NCBI GenBank assembly: GCA_043826565.1
Contig: JBDRPX010000021.1
Location: 18,022 to 82,021 of the forward strand
Direction of reading: 5' to 3'
From: Candidatus Omnitrophota bacterium
GTDB lineage: Bacteria; Omnitrophota; Gorgyraeia; B26-G9
DNA length: 64,000 bases
Position numbers and translations under genes: made by a program. Below the pieces are notes generated by a model that saw only the letters and a list, made by a program, of their open reading frames with translations, did not search any database and was not told the DNA's origin. Positions 25,275 to 35,632 of this stretch are shown here, piece after piece (position 1 is the first letter of the stretch; each line of letters starts with the position of its first letter).

Positions 25275-27800
25275 ATGTTCCGGAAATTAATTCGAATTTC
25301 TTTTAATCGGCCTAAATTGATCATGTGGCTGACGCTGATCGTAATTATTGCCGCGCTGATCCAATTCCCGCGGATCAAGGTTGATACTGATCCGGAAAAT
25401 ATGCTTTCAGAAAAAGAATTCGTGCGAGTGTTTCATCATGAGGTGAAAAAAGAATTTGGTTTGTATGATTTTATTGTCTTAGGCGTAGTAAATACCAAGC
25501 ACCAAGCCGGAGTCTTTAATGTCGAGACCTTGAATAATGTTTACGGGATCACCGCGGAAATTAAAAACATTGATGGTGTTATCGCGCGCGAACTTATTGC
25601 TCTCTCGACAAAAGATAATATCCGCCAGGGCGGGATCGGAGCGGTGGTCTTTGAATGGCTGATGAAAGAGCCTATTGATACTCAGGAACAAGCGTTGTTT
25701 ATCCGGGATGAGGCTCAGGATAATCCGATGTTTAACGGAACGATTATTTCTGAGGACGGTAAAGCGCTGTGCGTATATGTGCCGATAAAAGAAAAGAAAA
25801 TGAGTTACCGGATTTCCCGGGAAATACTAGATATTGTAAAAAAATATCAGGGAGACCAGCAGTTTTATATTACCGGATTGCCGGTGGCCGAGAATACTTT
25901 TGGCGTAGAGATGTTTAAACAGATGGCCATTTCCGCCCCTTTGGCCGGATTAATAATATTCTTATTAATGCTATTTTTCTTTAAAAGTATCCAGTTAATT
26001 GTTTCTCCGATGATCCTGGCGGTGGCGACGGTATTAAGTACGATGGGTTTACTTATCGGCATGGGGTTTCCGGTGCATATTATGAGTTCGATGATCCCGA
26101 TATTTTTAATGCCGATCGCGGTTTTGGACTCGGTTCATATTTTAAGTGAGTTCTTTGATAAGTACCGGATTATCGGAAATAAGCGCGAGACAATGTTCGC
26201 GGTTATGGATGAATTATTCACCCCGATGTTATATACTTCGTTAACCTCGGCAGTGGGGTTTTTTTCTCTTTCCTTTTCGCCGATTCCTCCGGTGCAGGCT
26301 TTTGGGGTTTTTGTCGCGGTGGGAGTTATGATCGCCTGGATATTGACCATGACGTTTATTCCCGCGTATATCGCCTTACTTAATGAAGCGTCATTTAAAA
26401 AGATCGGTAAGGCCGATGAAGGCGCAGATCACCACGGGTTTATTGATATAATGCTTATTAATATAAGGAAGTTTACTTTAAGGCATGCTAAGGGAATTGT
26501 TATTTTTAGCATTATCCTGATGATTATCTCCGGATACGGGATATCCCGGATAACTGTTAATGATAATCCGGTGCGCTGGTTTACGAAAAACCATCCCATC
26601 CAGATTGCGGATAAAGTTTTGAATCATCACTTTGCCGGAACATATACCGCGTACCTTGTCCTGGCGGCAAAGGATAGGCCGGCGGAGGTATTTAAAGAGC
26701 CGGAAATGCTTAGGTATGTTGAAAGGCTGCAGAACTATCTTTTAGAAAAAGGCGATGTCGGGAAAACAACATCATTGGCAGATGTTGTAAAAAAAGTATA
26801 TTATGAACTACTTGGCGGCGATAAAACAAATAATGTTATCCCTGATTCCAAAAGAGCGGTAGCGCAATGCCTGATCTCCTATGAGAATTCGCATAAGCCG
26901 GATGATCTGTGGCATATGACGGTTCCGGATTCTTCCAAGATAAATATCTGGATACAGTTAAAAAGCGGCGATAATAAAGATATGGGCAAAGTTGTTAAGC
27001 AGGTAGATGAATATTTTAAAGAAAATAGATCTCCGTTTGAATTTGAGTATAATTGGGCCGGCCTGACCTATATTAATCTGGTCTGGCAGAATAAAATGGT
27101 CACCGGGATGCTCATGAATTTTCTGGGCAGTTTTATTATTGTGTTCTTTATGATGACGTTTCTTTTTAAATCGCCTTTGCGCGGTTTAATATCAATGATT
27201 CCGCTGACGGTAACGATAATGTTTATCTATAGTCTGCTGGGATTTATCAGTAAGGATTATGATATGCCGGTAGCGGTTCTTTCAGCTTTGACATTAGGCT
27301 TATCCATAGATTTCGCGATTCATTTTATTCAGCGGGCCAGAGAAATATACCAGACGAACAATAGCTGGGAAAAAACCGCCGAAGAAATGTTTCAGGGCCC
27401 GGCCCGGGCGATCTCGCGCAATGCTTTGGTTGTGGCTATCGGATTTCTGCCGCTTCTGGTGGCGCCGCTTGTTCCGTACCGCACAGTAGGATTTTTTATG
27501 TTCAGTATTATGTTTATTTCGAGTATCGCAACATTGTTTATACTGCCGGCAATTATGAGTCTGTTTCCCGCGGTTGTTTTTGAATATGAGGATAAGCGCA
27601 TGATCTGTAATTGCCGTTATTGTGTAATCGTCGGAGTTGCCGCGTCAATAGCCGTGGCATATATTTTGCGCGGATATACCGCTGTAGGGTGGCCGCTGAC
27701 ATTGACAATTAGCATTGCTATTGTCGCGGTTGCCTCCGGAGTATGCGCGCAAATTGCCAAGCAGAAATTTTGTATGACCGATAAAAAAGGGGGAGAGTAA
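25275..27800 (+). CDS. RND-superfamily exporter of the MMPL/HpnN-like family
   Basis: Length is 841 aa, with 12 TM helices in two 6-TM blocks (sterol-sensing-like) and two large periplasmic loops. Confidence 0.7.
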   Translation: MFRKLIRISFNRPKLIMWLTLIVIIAALIQFPRIKVDTDPENMLSEKEFVRVFHHEVKKEFGLYDFIVLGVVNTKHQAGVFNVETLNNVYGITAEIKNIDGVIARELIALSTKDNIRQGGIGAVVFEWLMKEPIDTQEQALFIRDEAQDNPMFNGTIISEDGKALCVYVPIKEKKMSYRISREILDIVKKYQGDQQFYITGLPVAENTFGVEMFKQMAISAPLAGLIIFLLMLFFFKSIQLIVSPMILAVATVLSTMGLLIGMGFPVHIMSSMIPIFLMPIAVLDSVHILSEFFDKYRIIGNKRETMFAVMDELFTPMLYTSLTSAVGFFSLSFSPIPPVQAFGVFVAVGVMIAWILTMTFIPAYIALLNEASFKKIGKADEGADHHGFIDIMLINIRKFTLRHAKGIVIFSIILMIISGYGISRITVNDNPVRWFTKNHPIQIADKVLNHHFAGTYTAYLVLAAKDRPAEVFKEPEMLRYVERLQNYLLEKGDVGKTTSLADVVKKVYYELLGGDKTNNVIPDSKRAVAQCLISYENSHKPDDLWHMTVPDSSKINIWIQLKSGDNKDMGKVVKQVDEYFKENRSPFEFEYNWAGLTYINLVWQNKMVTGMLMNFLGSFIIVFFMMTFLFKSPLRGLISMIPLTVTIMFIYSLLGFISKDYDMPVAVLSALTLGLSIDFAIHFIQRAREIYQTNNSWEKTAEEMFQGPARAISRNALVVAIGFLPLLVAPLVPYRTVGFFMFSIMFISSIATLFILPAIMSLFPAVVFEYEDKRMICNCRYCVIVGVAASIAVAYILRGYTAVGWPLTLTISIAIVAVASGVCAQIAKQKFCMTDKKGGE

Positions 27801-28591
27801 TGAGGAAGTTTTTATTGGGGGCGGGATTATTGGTGAGCATACTTTTTTTTAGCGGAAGCTTGTATGCTCAGACGAGTGTTGATGAGATTATAACTAAGGC
27901 AAATAACACAGCCTATTATGCGGGGAATGACGGAAAAGCAAAAATTACCATGACCATAACCGACAACCAGGGCCGGGTACGCAAAAGAGTGTTTAAGATT
28001 TTACGCATGGATATTGCTGACGGCCAAGAACAAAAATATTATGTGTATTTCAGCCAGCCCGCGGATGTTCAGGATATGGTTTATATGGTTTGGAAATACC
28101 TGGATAAAGATGATGACCGCTGGATGTATCTGCCGGCGCTTGATCTGGTAAGAAGGATCGCGGCCAGTGATAAGCGTTCCAGTTTTGTTGGGTCTAATTT
28201 TGTTTATGAGGATATTTCCGGCCGCAGTCTGGCCTTGGATAATCATGAATTAGTTTCTGCCGAAGGAGATCGTTACAAGATAAAAAATACGCCTAAAGAT
28301 GCTTCGGAGGTTGAATTTTCTTACTATGATGTGTATATCCGCAAAGATAATTTTATGCCGGTCAAGGCAGAGTACTATGACAAGCAGGGGAAATTATCTC
28401 GCATTGTGGAAGCCTTGGAAGTGAAAGATATTAATGGACATCCTACGGTAACAAAATCAAAAACTACAGATCTGGTTACCAATGGTAATACGGTAATTGA
28501 ATTTGGAGAAGTGGCGTATGACCTGGGATTAGAGAATGATATTTTTACGGAAAGATATCTAAGGAAGCCGCCCCGAAAGTTGTTAGAATGA
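27800..28591 (+). CDS. LolA-like outer-membrane lipoprotein-sorting family protein (DUF1329-like partner of RND exporters)
   Basis: A signal peptide is present and the protein is 263 aa. It is typically co-encoded with MMPL-type RND genes. Its start overlaps the RND stop. Confidence 0.5.
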   Translation: MRKFLLGAGLLVSILFFSGSLYAQTSVDEIITKANNTAYYAGNDGKAKITMTITDNQGRVRKRVFKILRMDIADGQEQKYYVYFSQPADVQDMVYMVWKYLDKDDDRWMYLPALDLVRRIAASDKRSSFVGSNFVYEDISGRSLALDNHELVSAEGDRYKIKNTPKDASEVEFSYYDVYIRKDNFMPVKAEYYDKQGKLSRIVEALEVKDINGHPTVTKSKTTDLVTNGNTVIEFGEVAYDLGLENDIFTERYLRKPPRKLLE

Positions 28592-29895
28592 AGAAAAGTA
28601 GATTGTGTTTTATCTGTATTTTATTGATAACTGTTATCCTTATGTTTTCATGTGATGCTCATGCGGCTTTTCGTTTAGGAGAAAACGGCCCGAAGGTAAG
28701 CGCTTTTGTGGAAAACGATTTTGGTATTAAGCTGGGCAATGATACGACGAAGCGCGATGAATTCAATATGTTTGAGCAGAGACTGCAGTTAAAGACTTCG
28801 GTTTATCCGGAATATACAGAGTTGCTGGAAGACTGGATGGCTCAAGTGAATGTTAAAGCGGATTTTACCGTGGATGAGTACTTTAACGGCCGTACGGATG
28901 CGCAAATGAGAGAATTGAATTTGGCGATAGCTCCGCTAGATTGGATGGATACAAAAATCGGGAGGCAGGTATTTACCTGGGGAACCGGAGATTATTTGTT
29001 TGTCAATGACCTGTTTCCTAAAGATTATGTATCTTTTTATATCGGTAGAGATGACGAGTATCTTAAAAAACCGAGTGACGGAGCAAAAGTTTCTTTGTAT
29101 TCGGAAAAAGCAAACCTTGATCTGGTGGTTATTCCGTTTTTTGAACCGAATACGATTTTTAACGGACAGCGTTTGTCATTTTTTGATCCGTTCCAGGGAG
29201 GCATTGCCGGAGTTAATTCTAACCGTACCTTAACCGAGCCGGATCAAAACCCGGATAATATCGAGTATGCTGCCCGGGTGTATAAAAGTTTTGATAGTTA
29301 TGAAACAGCTTTTTATTTATTCCGCGGATATTATAAAATGCCGCGCGGCTACTTAAATGAATTTAACCGCGAACTTTTTTATCCCCGGCTGGATGCGTAC
29401 GGCGCGAGCATTAGAGGCCCGGTGTTTGGCGGTGTTGGGTATGCCGAAGGCGCATACTATAATTCTCCTCAGGATAATATGGGAGATAACCGCTTAATTG
29501 AAAATCCGATGTTTAAATATATGCTGGGCTTTGAAAAAGACCTGGGTAATGATTTGAAAGCCGGAATGCAATATTTATATGAGCAGATCTTAGAGTATAC
29601 AAATTACCGGAATACTTTACTTGGGCGGGATTATTATTGGGATGAATACCGGCATCTAACAACATTAAGAGTGACAAAGCTGTACAAAAATCAGACGGTT
29701 ATGGCCGGATTATTTGTGTTTTTCTCTCCGTCCGACCTTGACGGATATGTGCGGCCAAGTATAACTTATGATGTTTCGGATGTATTAAAAATTACTTTGG
29801 GAGCTAATCTTGTCTGGGGAGAAGATGTGCAGACAGAATTCGGCCAGATGGAGCATAATAAAAATATATACACGCGGGTGAAATATAGCTTCTAA
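28588..29895 (+). CDS. putative outer-membrane beta-barrel protein (DUF1302-like partner)
   Basis: A signal peptide is present and the composition is Tyr/Gly-rich with alternating pattern. The C-terminus ...VKYSF is an OMP signature. Its start overlaps the upstream gene by 4 nt. Confidence 0.45.
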   Translation: MKKSRLCFICILLITVILMFSCDAHAAFRLGENGPKVSAFVENDFGIKLGNDTTKRDEFNMFEQRLQLKTSVYPEYTELLEDWMAQVNVKADFTVDEYFNGRTDAQMRELNLAIAPLDWMDTKIGRQVFTWGTGDYLFVNDLFPKDYVSFYIGRDDEYLKKPSDGAKVSLYSEKANLDLVVIPFFEPNTIFNGQRLSFFDPFQGGIAGVNSNRTLTEPDQNPDNIEYAARVYKSFDSYETAFYLFRGYYKMPRGYLNEFNRELFYPRLDAYGASIRGPVFGGVGYAEGAYYNSPQDNMGDNRLIENPMFKYMLGFEKDLGNDLKAGMQYLYEQILEYTNYRNTLLGRDYYWDEYRHLTTLRVTKLYKNQTVMAGLFVFFSPSDLDGYVRPSITYDVSDVLKITLGANLVWGEDVQTEFGQMEHNKNIYTRVKYSF

Positions 29896-29941
29896 ATGAC
29901 GACATTAGTTATGGAACATAACTGATGAAAAGGAGGGAATT

Positions 29942-30104
29942 CAAAAGTCAAAGGTCAAAACTCAAAACTGCAAGTTAAAAGTCAAAAATAATCAAGAAAG
30001 ATTTTAATTGTTAGTATTTTTAATAATATAACTTTATGATAATAAATAAGTTTTAAATTTTGAATTGAATTTTTGAATTTTGCCTTTTGATTTTTGACAT
30101 ATAA
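29942..30104. repeat. imperfect inverted repeats built from TCAAAA(C)/GTTTTGA heptamer-like units flanking an AT-rich core
   Basis: The left arm aaaagtcaaaggtcaaaactcaaaactgcaagttaaaagtcaaaaat faces the right arm aaattttgaattgaatttttgaattttgccttttgatttttgacat. Related units are at 30414-30450 and 30733-30757. Confidence 0.4.
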
Positions 30105-30188
30105 AGCAGGTTAGTTAGAAAAACTTACTGATAAATATTGAATTAACTTAGAATTTTGACAATACGGGTAAGGAATAGGGAGGTTGTT

Positions 30189-30371
30189 ATGATAGAAAAA
30201 ATATTAAGAGGCATGGCGGGGTTTTTTATTTTAGTAAGTTTGGCATTAGCGCATTTTGTTGACCCCCGATGGCTGTGGTTTACGGCGTTTGTGGGATTAA
30301 ATCTTTTGCAATCGGCATTTACGAATTGGTGCCCGATGATGACAATACTTAAAAAAATTGGGGTAAAATAG
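30189..30371 (+). CDS. DUF2892-family small membrane protein
   Basis: MIEKILRGMAGFFILVSLALAHFV...WCPMM is typical of DUF2892. GGGAGG lies 7 nt upstream of ATG 30189. Confidence 0.55.
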   Translation: MIEKILRGMAGFFILVSLALAHFVDPRWLWFTAFVGLNLLQSAFTNWCPMMTILKKIGVK

Positions 30372-30466
30372 GGTTGCATGTTGCAGGTTTCATGTAACAG
30401 GTTTTTTTTGTCCGGGTTGTGACTTGAAACTTGAGATAAGCTTGACATTGAATCAGGAGAATAAAT

Positions 30467-30688
30467 ATGCCGATTTACACATATGTATGTAAAGACTGCG
30501 GGGAGCAGTTTGACTTGTTAGTGGGAGTGACCAGCGATAAGACCGCGAAAAAATGCTCCAAATGCGGAAGTAAAAAAATCGAGAAAATATTTTCCGCCTT
30601 CAGTGTCGGAAAACAGACTAAAGCATGCGGATTTAAACCCAGCACCTGTCCAACTTCTGGCAAAGGATGCTGTCCGGGGTGCCAATAA
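30467..30688 (+). CDS. FmdB-family zinc-ribbon protein
   Basis: MPIYTYVCKDCGEQFDLLV...KCSKCGS is the FmdB/zinc-ribbon signature. Confidence 0.7.
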   Translation: MPIYTYVCKDCGEQFDLLVGVTSDKTAKKCSKCGSKKIEKIFSAFSVGKQTKACGFKPSTCPTSGKGCCPGCQ

Positions 30689-30761
30689 TAAAAGTGAAAA
30701 ATTATAAACCAAAAGCTAAAAATGAGTTTTTAACCTTTGACTTTGCAGTTTTGATTTTATT

Positions 30762-31676
30762 ATGAAGATATATGATTTAATAATTTTGGGTGCCGGGCCG
30801 GCGGGGATTACCGCTGCGGTTTATGCCAGCCGCAAAAAACTGGATTTTTTGATCATCACCCAAGATGTCGGGGGACAGGCAATATGGAGCGGAGATATTG
30901 AAAATTATACAGGATATCAGTTTATTTCCGGTCCGGAGCTGGTGATGAAGTTTCAGGAACATCTGAAGGCTTTTTCCATTCCGGTGAATATGTCTGAGGA
31001 TGTAAGAGCATTGATAAAAGAAGATGATATTATAAAAGTAATAACGGATAAGGCGGAATATTTATCCCGGACCGTTATAATCGCTACCGGTAAACGGCCG
31101 AAAGCATTAAATGTGCCCGGAGAAGTTGAGTTTAGGAACAAAGGATTAACCTACTGCGCGACCTGTGACGGCCCGTTATTTAAAAGTAAAGATGTGGCTG
31201 TCATCGGCGGAGGCAATTCCGGATTAGACGCGGCATTGCAGATGATGAAAATTTCTCCCAAGGTGTATATTATTACTAATTCCGAGGAACTTACCGGTGA
31301 TCCGGTCATGGTAGAAAAAATAAAACAAGCTAATAATGTGGAAATTTGGTATAATTCCAGCGTAATAAAGATTTCCGGAGAAAAATTTGTTGAGGCTTTA
31401 GAGCTGAAAAAACAAGGGCAAATACATACTATTCCGGTAAAGGGTATATTTGTAGAGGTAGGATTAATCCCCAATACGGGTTTTGCCGGAATCACCGAAA
31501 GAAATGAGAAAGAGGAAGTTATTGTAGATTGTGCTAATAAGACCGATATTGCCGGGATTTTTGCGGCCGGTGATGTTACTAATGTCCCGGAAAAACAGAT
31601 TATTGTTGCTTGCGGAGAAGGAGCTAAAGCCGCTCTTTCGGCAGGCAAATATTTATCAACCCATGTCTTTACTTAG
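30762..31676 (+). CDS. trxB: thioredoxin-disulfide reductase
   Basis: FAD motif ILGAGPAGITAAVYA, redox-active CATCDG and NAD motif VIGGGNSG are present. Length is 304 aa. Confidence 0.75.
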   Translation: MKIYDLIILGAGPAGITAAVYASRKKLDFLIITQDVGGQAIWSGDIENYTGYQFISGPELVMKFQEHLKAFSIPVNMSEDVRALIKEDDIIKVITDKAEYLSRTVIIATGKRPKALNVPGEVEFRNKGLTYCATCDGPLFKSKDVAVIGGGNSGLDAALQMMKISPKVYIITNSEELTGDPVMVEKIKQANNVEIWYNSSVIKISGEKFVEALELKKQGQIHTIPVKGIFVEVGLIPNTGFAGITERNEKEEVIVDCANKTDIAGIFAAGDVTNVPEKQIIVACGEGAKAALSAGKYLSTHVFT

Positions 31677-31695
31677 AGAGAAAGGGAATTAAAAA

Positions 31696-32199
31696 ATGGA
31701 ATTATCTGCTGTAATCGTTAATTTTTTCAAAAAACAGAAGTTTGTTGTTGTTTCCACGATTAATAAATCCGGGTATATTCACTGTTCCGCAAAAGGGATT
31801 GTCGGGATAGAAAAAGATGGAAAAGTATATTTGATAGACGCTTATCGGGCAAGTACTTTGGAAAACCTTAAAAATAATCCCAAAATTACGCTGACTTCAG
31901 TCGACGGGCAGGATTTTATCGGATATTCTTTAAAAGGAACAGCAAAGATTGTGGAACGGGAAAAGATAAAAGAGCATATTATTGCCGAATGGGAACAGCG
32001 GATTATCAAAAGGATATCCGACCGCCTGATTAAAAATGTTCAGGCGCAAAATCCCGGATTACATCATCCGGAAGCAATGATCCCGCCGCCGCAATATCTG
32101 ATTGAAGTTGATGTGGAAGCGGTTATTGATCTTGCCCCGCATAATTTAAAAAGCTCGATTATTCTGCAGACAGAAAACGGTAATGCAAATAGCGATTAA
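31696..32199 (+). CDS. pyridoxamine 5'-phosphate oxidase-like FMN-binding family protein (putative)
   Basis: The split-barrel-like pattern VVVSTINKSGYIHCSAKG...NLKNNPKITL is present. The assignment is weak. Confidence 0.4.
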   Translation: MELSAVIVNFFKKQKFVVVSTINKSGYIHCSAKGIVGIEKDGKVYLIDAYRASTLENLKNNPKITLTSVDGQDFIGYSLKGTAKIVEREKIKEHIIAEWEQRIIKRISDRLIKNVQAQNPGLHHPEAMIPPPQYLIEVDVEAVIDLAPHNLKSSIILQTENGNANSD

Positions 32200-33400
32200 T
32201 TTTCTTAAAGAGATTCTCAGCTTATGGCTGGAAGTATCTCCCTATCTGCTTTTGGGAATGGTGTTTGCCGGGTTACTGCATGTATTTTTAGGCAAGGAGT
32301 TTATTACGCGGCAGTTGGGAAAAGCCGGGATCGGATCGGTAATAAAAGCGACTTTGCTGGGTATTCCGCTTCCGGTTTGCTCCTGCGGAGTTATTCCGGT
32401 GGTAAGTTCTTTAAGAAAAGACGGAGCGCATAAATCAAGCATCCTTTCTTTTTTAGTATCCACGCCGACAACCGGCATTGACTCTATATTGGCATCGTAT
32501 TCCCTCCTGGGTCCTTTATTCGCGCTATTTCGGCCGCTGGGCGCGGCACTTGCCGGGATAATTTTAGGCGTTCTTGATTATATTATTGAGGGCAAGGACG
32601 AGCAGCAAAAAGCAATTCCTGAGCATGATCATCCCAAACTGCATATTGTTTTTCGCGGGAAAGAATTTTTGCGCTATTGCTTCTTGGAAATCCCTCAGGA
32701 TATCGGAAAGGCTTTGATCATCGGTATTGTTGCCGGAGGCGCGATCTCTGCTTTTATCCCGCAGGAATTATTTTCCCAATATGTGAGCTTCCCGTTTGAT
32801 TTTATTGTCGCCTTAGTGATTGGTATTCCGCTTTATGTGTGCGCGACCGGATCTATTCCTGTTGCCGTGACTTTGATCCAGAAAGGATTTTCTCCCGGAG
32901 CGGGGTTAGTCTTTTTGATCGTCGGGCCGGCAACTAATGCGATCACGCTTTCTTTTGTGCGCGCAAAACTGGGGAAAAAGTCTTTTTATTTATACCTGAT
33001 AACGATCATTGTTGTTGCTGTTGTTTTAGGTTTTGTGTTTAATTATGTCTGGGCAACTTTAGGTGAGGATTCTCGCCTGGTTACCGGAGGGGGGAAGATG
33101 CTTCCGGAGCAGGTAAAGATAATCTGCGGCCTGATCATGGCGGTTTTAATCGGTAATGGATTAAGAAAAGAAAAAACCTGCTCTGGTTTGCTCAATCCGG
33201 ATCTGGAGATCATTGTCCCGGATATGGATTGTGATCATTGCAAAATAACCTTAGAAAATAAGCTGAAAGAATTAGATGGTATTACCGCGGTACACATAGA
33301 TATTCCCCAAAAATCAGTAAAAATAACCGGAAAAATTGATAAGCAGTTGGTAATAAATAAGATAATAGAATCCGGATATACCCCGCAGAAGCTTAATTAG
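32183..33400 (+). CDS. DUF318/COG0701 permease with C-terminal heavy-metal-associated (HMA) domain
   Basis: The multi-TM region carries the CSCGVIP motif, and the C-terminal MDCDHCKITLENKLKELDGITAVHID is an HMA fold. Confidence 0.7.
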   Translation: MQIAINFLKEILSLWLEVSPYLLLGMVFAGLLHVFLGKEFITRQLGKAGIGSVIKATLLGIPLPVCSCGVIPVVSSLRKDGAHKSSILSFLVSTPTTGIDSILASYSLLGPLFALFRPLGAALAGIILGVLDYIIEGKDEQQKAIPEHDHPKLHIVFRGKEFLRYCFLEIPQDIGKALIIGIVAGGAISAFIPQELFSQYVSFPFDFIVALVIGIPLYVCATGSIPVAVTLIQKGFSPGAGLVFLIVGPATNAITLSFVRAKLGKKSFYLYLITIIVVAVVLGFVFNYVWATLGEDSRLVTGGGKMLPEQVKIICGLIMAVLIGNGLRKEKTCSGLLNPDLEIIVPDMDCDHCKITLENKLKELDGITAVHIDIPQKSVKITGKIDKQLVINKIIESGYTPQKLN

Positions 33401-33532
33401 AAAACGTCTTATTATTATAAGATAAATTATTATATTTGACAAAATTACCCAAATTAAGTAGCATAATCAGTATGAATTTATAATATACTGTAATAAGATA
33501 TGATAATATTTCCTGCTTTAAGGAGGTAATTC

Positions 33533-35533
33533 ATGAATTATTTAAAAGAATTTTTCAAGGTTTTCCTCATCGGTTTTTTTGTTGTTTTAACAGCCACCTC
33601 ATCATATTCCTCCGAGATTGCGGCAAATGAAGAATTACTCTGGATGGATATTCCTGATATTACCGGTGTTTCTAAAGCTGTGCAAAGTTATAAAGATGTG
33701 CCCATGTCTGTTTATGTTATTACGAATGAAGAGATGGACAGATGGGGGGTCCGGTCGCTTTATGAATTATTTCAAAGAGTGCCGGGATATTCTTTTTATA
33801 ATACGGATTATTATGGACAGTATGGCTGTATCGGAAGAGGTTTGCAATCAGTTTGGCGGTATGGCTGCAGTTTTGAACTTATGAATGTTGTTGATTTCGG
33901 CCACATGACATTTTCTCCGCATTTTTTTGATTCAATAGAGATTGCCCGCGGCAATGCCGGAATTATGTGGGGCAGCGGAGCAGAAGCGGGATTAATAAAT
34001 TTTAATATTCGCAGTGACCTGGAGGGATTAGAAACTGTTGTAGAAGCAGGTAATTTAGATCGTCAGTCGGTTGATATATTATACGGAGAAAAACTTGATA
34101 ATGGCAATGCCGGAGACGGATTCTTTATTGGCTGGCATATGGAAAATCAGGACTATGAACTGCAGAATGATGCTTTTGATACCAGCGGCGCGACATGGAA
34201 GGAAAACGGCTTAAATAATTCCCAAACACTGCTGGGTAAAATCAAATATAATCAGTTTAAATTTATTATCTTCCAGGATAATCCTGACCATATCGCGCCG
34301 AAACAGTGGTTTGGCAATGCCGGACTACAGGCCTCGATAGAGGATTTTCAGGATGACCTTCATGATACCCTGGAGGTTTTGGCCTACCGGGCGGAATATC
34401 ATCTTTTGGAAGAAGACATTCCTTTGGAGAATACCGAAATGTATTTCTACCACGATTACTATAAAAAGCAATGGTGGATGGAATCCGTGGCTTTAGATAC
34501 TCAGAGAAAGCGGTCGATCGGTGTTAACGCGGAGACTATTTTTGGGGATGATAAGATGCTTTTAAATTACGGAGGTGATTTATGGGGAGAGGATCAAAAC
34601 TTCGCCCCGTCTTTTACCACTAACTGGAGCCGTCCCTGGGGTATAACCTGGTACGATACTAATATCTCTCCGGAAAAATATACCTATCGGAATTTTTATG
34701 CCGATAGTAAATATACTGTTAATGACCAGTGGAAAGTTTTTTTCGGTTCCCGTGTGGATTATCAGCGCCCCAGCGATTCGGATAAGACAATAGTTTCCGG
34801 GCCGCGCACCGGACTGATCTATACTCCACAGGATCAATTAACTTTGAAATATATCTACAATAGCGGCAAACGCAGGCCGCAGGCTAATGAACGGGCTGCC
34901 GGTATATCCGAAGAGCAGATCACGGCGCATGAGTTTATTATGATGTTTGAATTAGCGGAAAAGTTAAAACTGGATACAACGATTTTTTATCAAAAACTGA
35001 CCGACCAAATAACCCGGGATAATAGCCCGTCGGCATTAAATGCTTTTGTAAATACCGGAGGAATATCTACCAAGGGATTGGAATGGGCCTTGAAATATCA
35101 GCCGCAAAAAGATCTTTTGGTTTATTGGAACGGAACTGTTCTCCGGGGCAAGGTGAGTGAGGGGCAATCCGGATTGGGAGAGGCGCGCAATGATAAGAAT
35201 GAACCGTTGTTTGTGCCGAAGATCACCAGCTTTTTAGGAGCGGAAACTTCTGCTTTTCCCCTGTGCACGCTAAATGTCGATCTGCGCACAATTGCCGATA
35301 TCCCCTATCAGGCTATTAATGGAGATTATTCCAGTGCCGGAACTTATTTTGTCGATTTTACGGCAAGATCAAAAAAACTCTGGCAAAACAAAATGGTTCT
35401 CTCTCTTGTATGCCTAAATGTCCTGGATAAGCAAAATAAAATTCCGGCTTTTGGGGAACATGCCGGAAATTCCGCAGGGACGCTTGAACCGGAAGGCCGC
35501 CGCTGGTATCTGCAGGCCACTATAGACTGGTAA
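33533..35533 (+). CDS. TonB-dependent receptor-like outer-membrane protein
   Basis: A signal peptide and plug-like DVPMSVYVITNEEMDRWGVRSLYELFQRVPGY are present. The C-terminus is aromatic (...ATIDW). Confidence 0.6.
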   Translation: MNYLKEFFKVFLIGFFVVLTATSSYSSEIAANEELLWMDIPDITGVSKAVQSYKDVPMSVYVITNEEMDRWGVRSLYELFQRVPGYSFYNTDYYGQYGCIGRGLQSVWRYGCSFELMNVVDFGHMTFSPHFFDSIEIARGNAGIMWGSGAEAGLINFNIRSDLEGLETVVEAGNLDRQSVDILYGEKLDNGNAGDGFFIGWHMENQDYELQNDAFDTSGATWKENGLNNSQTLLGKIKYNQFKFIIFQDNPDHIAPKQWFGNAGLQASIEDFQDDLHDTLEVLAYRAEYHLLEEDIPLENTEMYFYHDYYKKQWWMESVALDTQRKRSIGVNAETIFGDDKMLLNYGGDLWGEDQNFAPSFTTNWSRPWGITWYDTNISPEKYTYRNFYADSKYTVNDQWKVFFGSRVDYQRPSDSDKTIVSGPRTGLIYTPQDQLTLKYIYNSGKRRPQANERAAGISEEQITAHEFIMMFELAEKLKLDTTIFYQKLTDQITRDNSPSALNAFVNTGGISTKGLEWALKYQPQKDLLVYWNGTVLRGKVSEGQSGLGEARNDKNEPLFVPKITSFLGAETSAFPLCTLNVDLRTIADIPYQAINGDYSSAGTYFVDFTARSKKLWQNKMVLSLVCLNVLDKQNKIPAFGEHAGNSAGTLEPEGRRWYLQATIDW

Positions 35534-35632
35534 TTTAAAAAAACTTTCAAAATACCTTGACAAATACCCAAAATGATACTAAACTAGTATTATATTGAAG
35601 GTATTTGTTTTTTTAATGAAGGTGAGGCAGAT

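Noticed and set aside
32224-32478. Overlapping short ORFs (69 aa on +, 78 aa on -) inside the permease-HMA gene.
   Set aside because: They are alternative-frame artefacts within a gene with strong transmembrane and HMA signatures.
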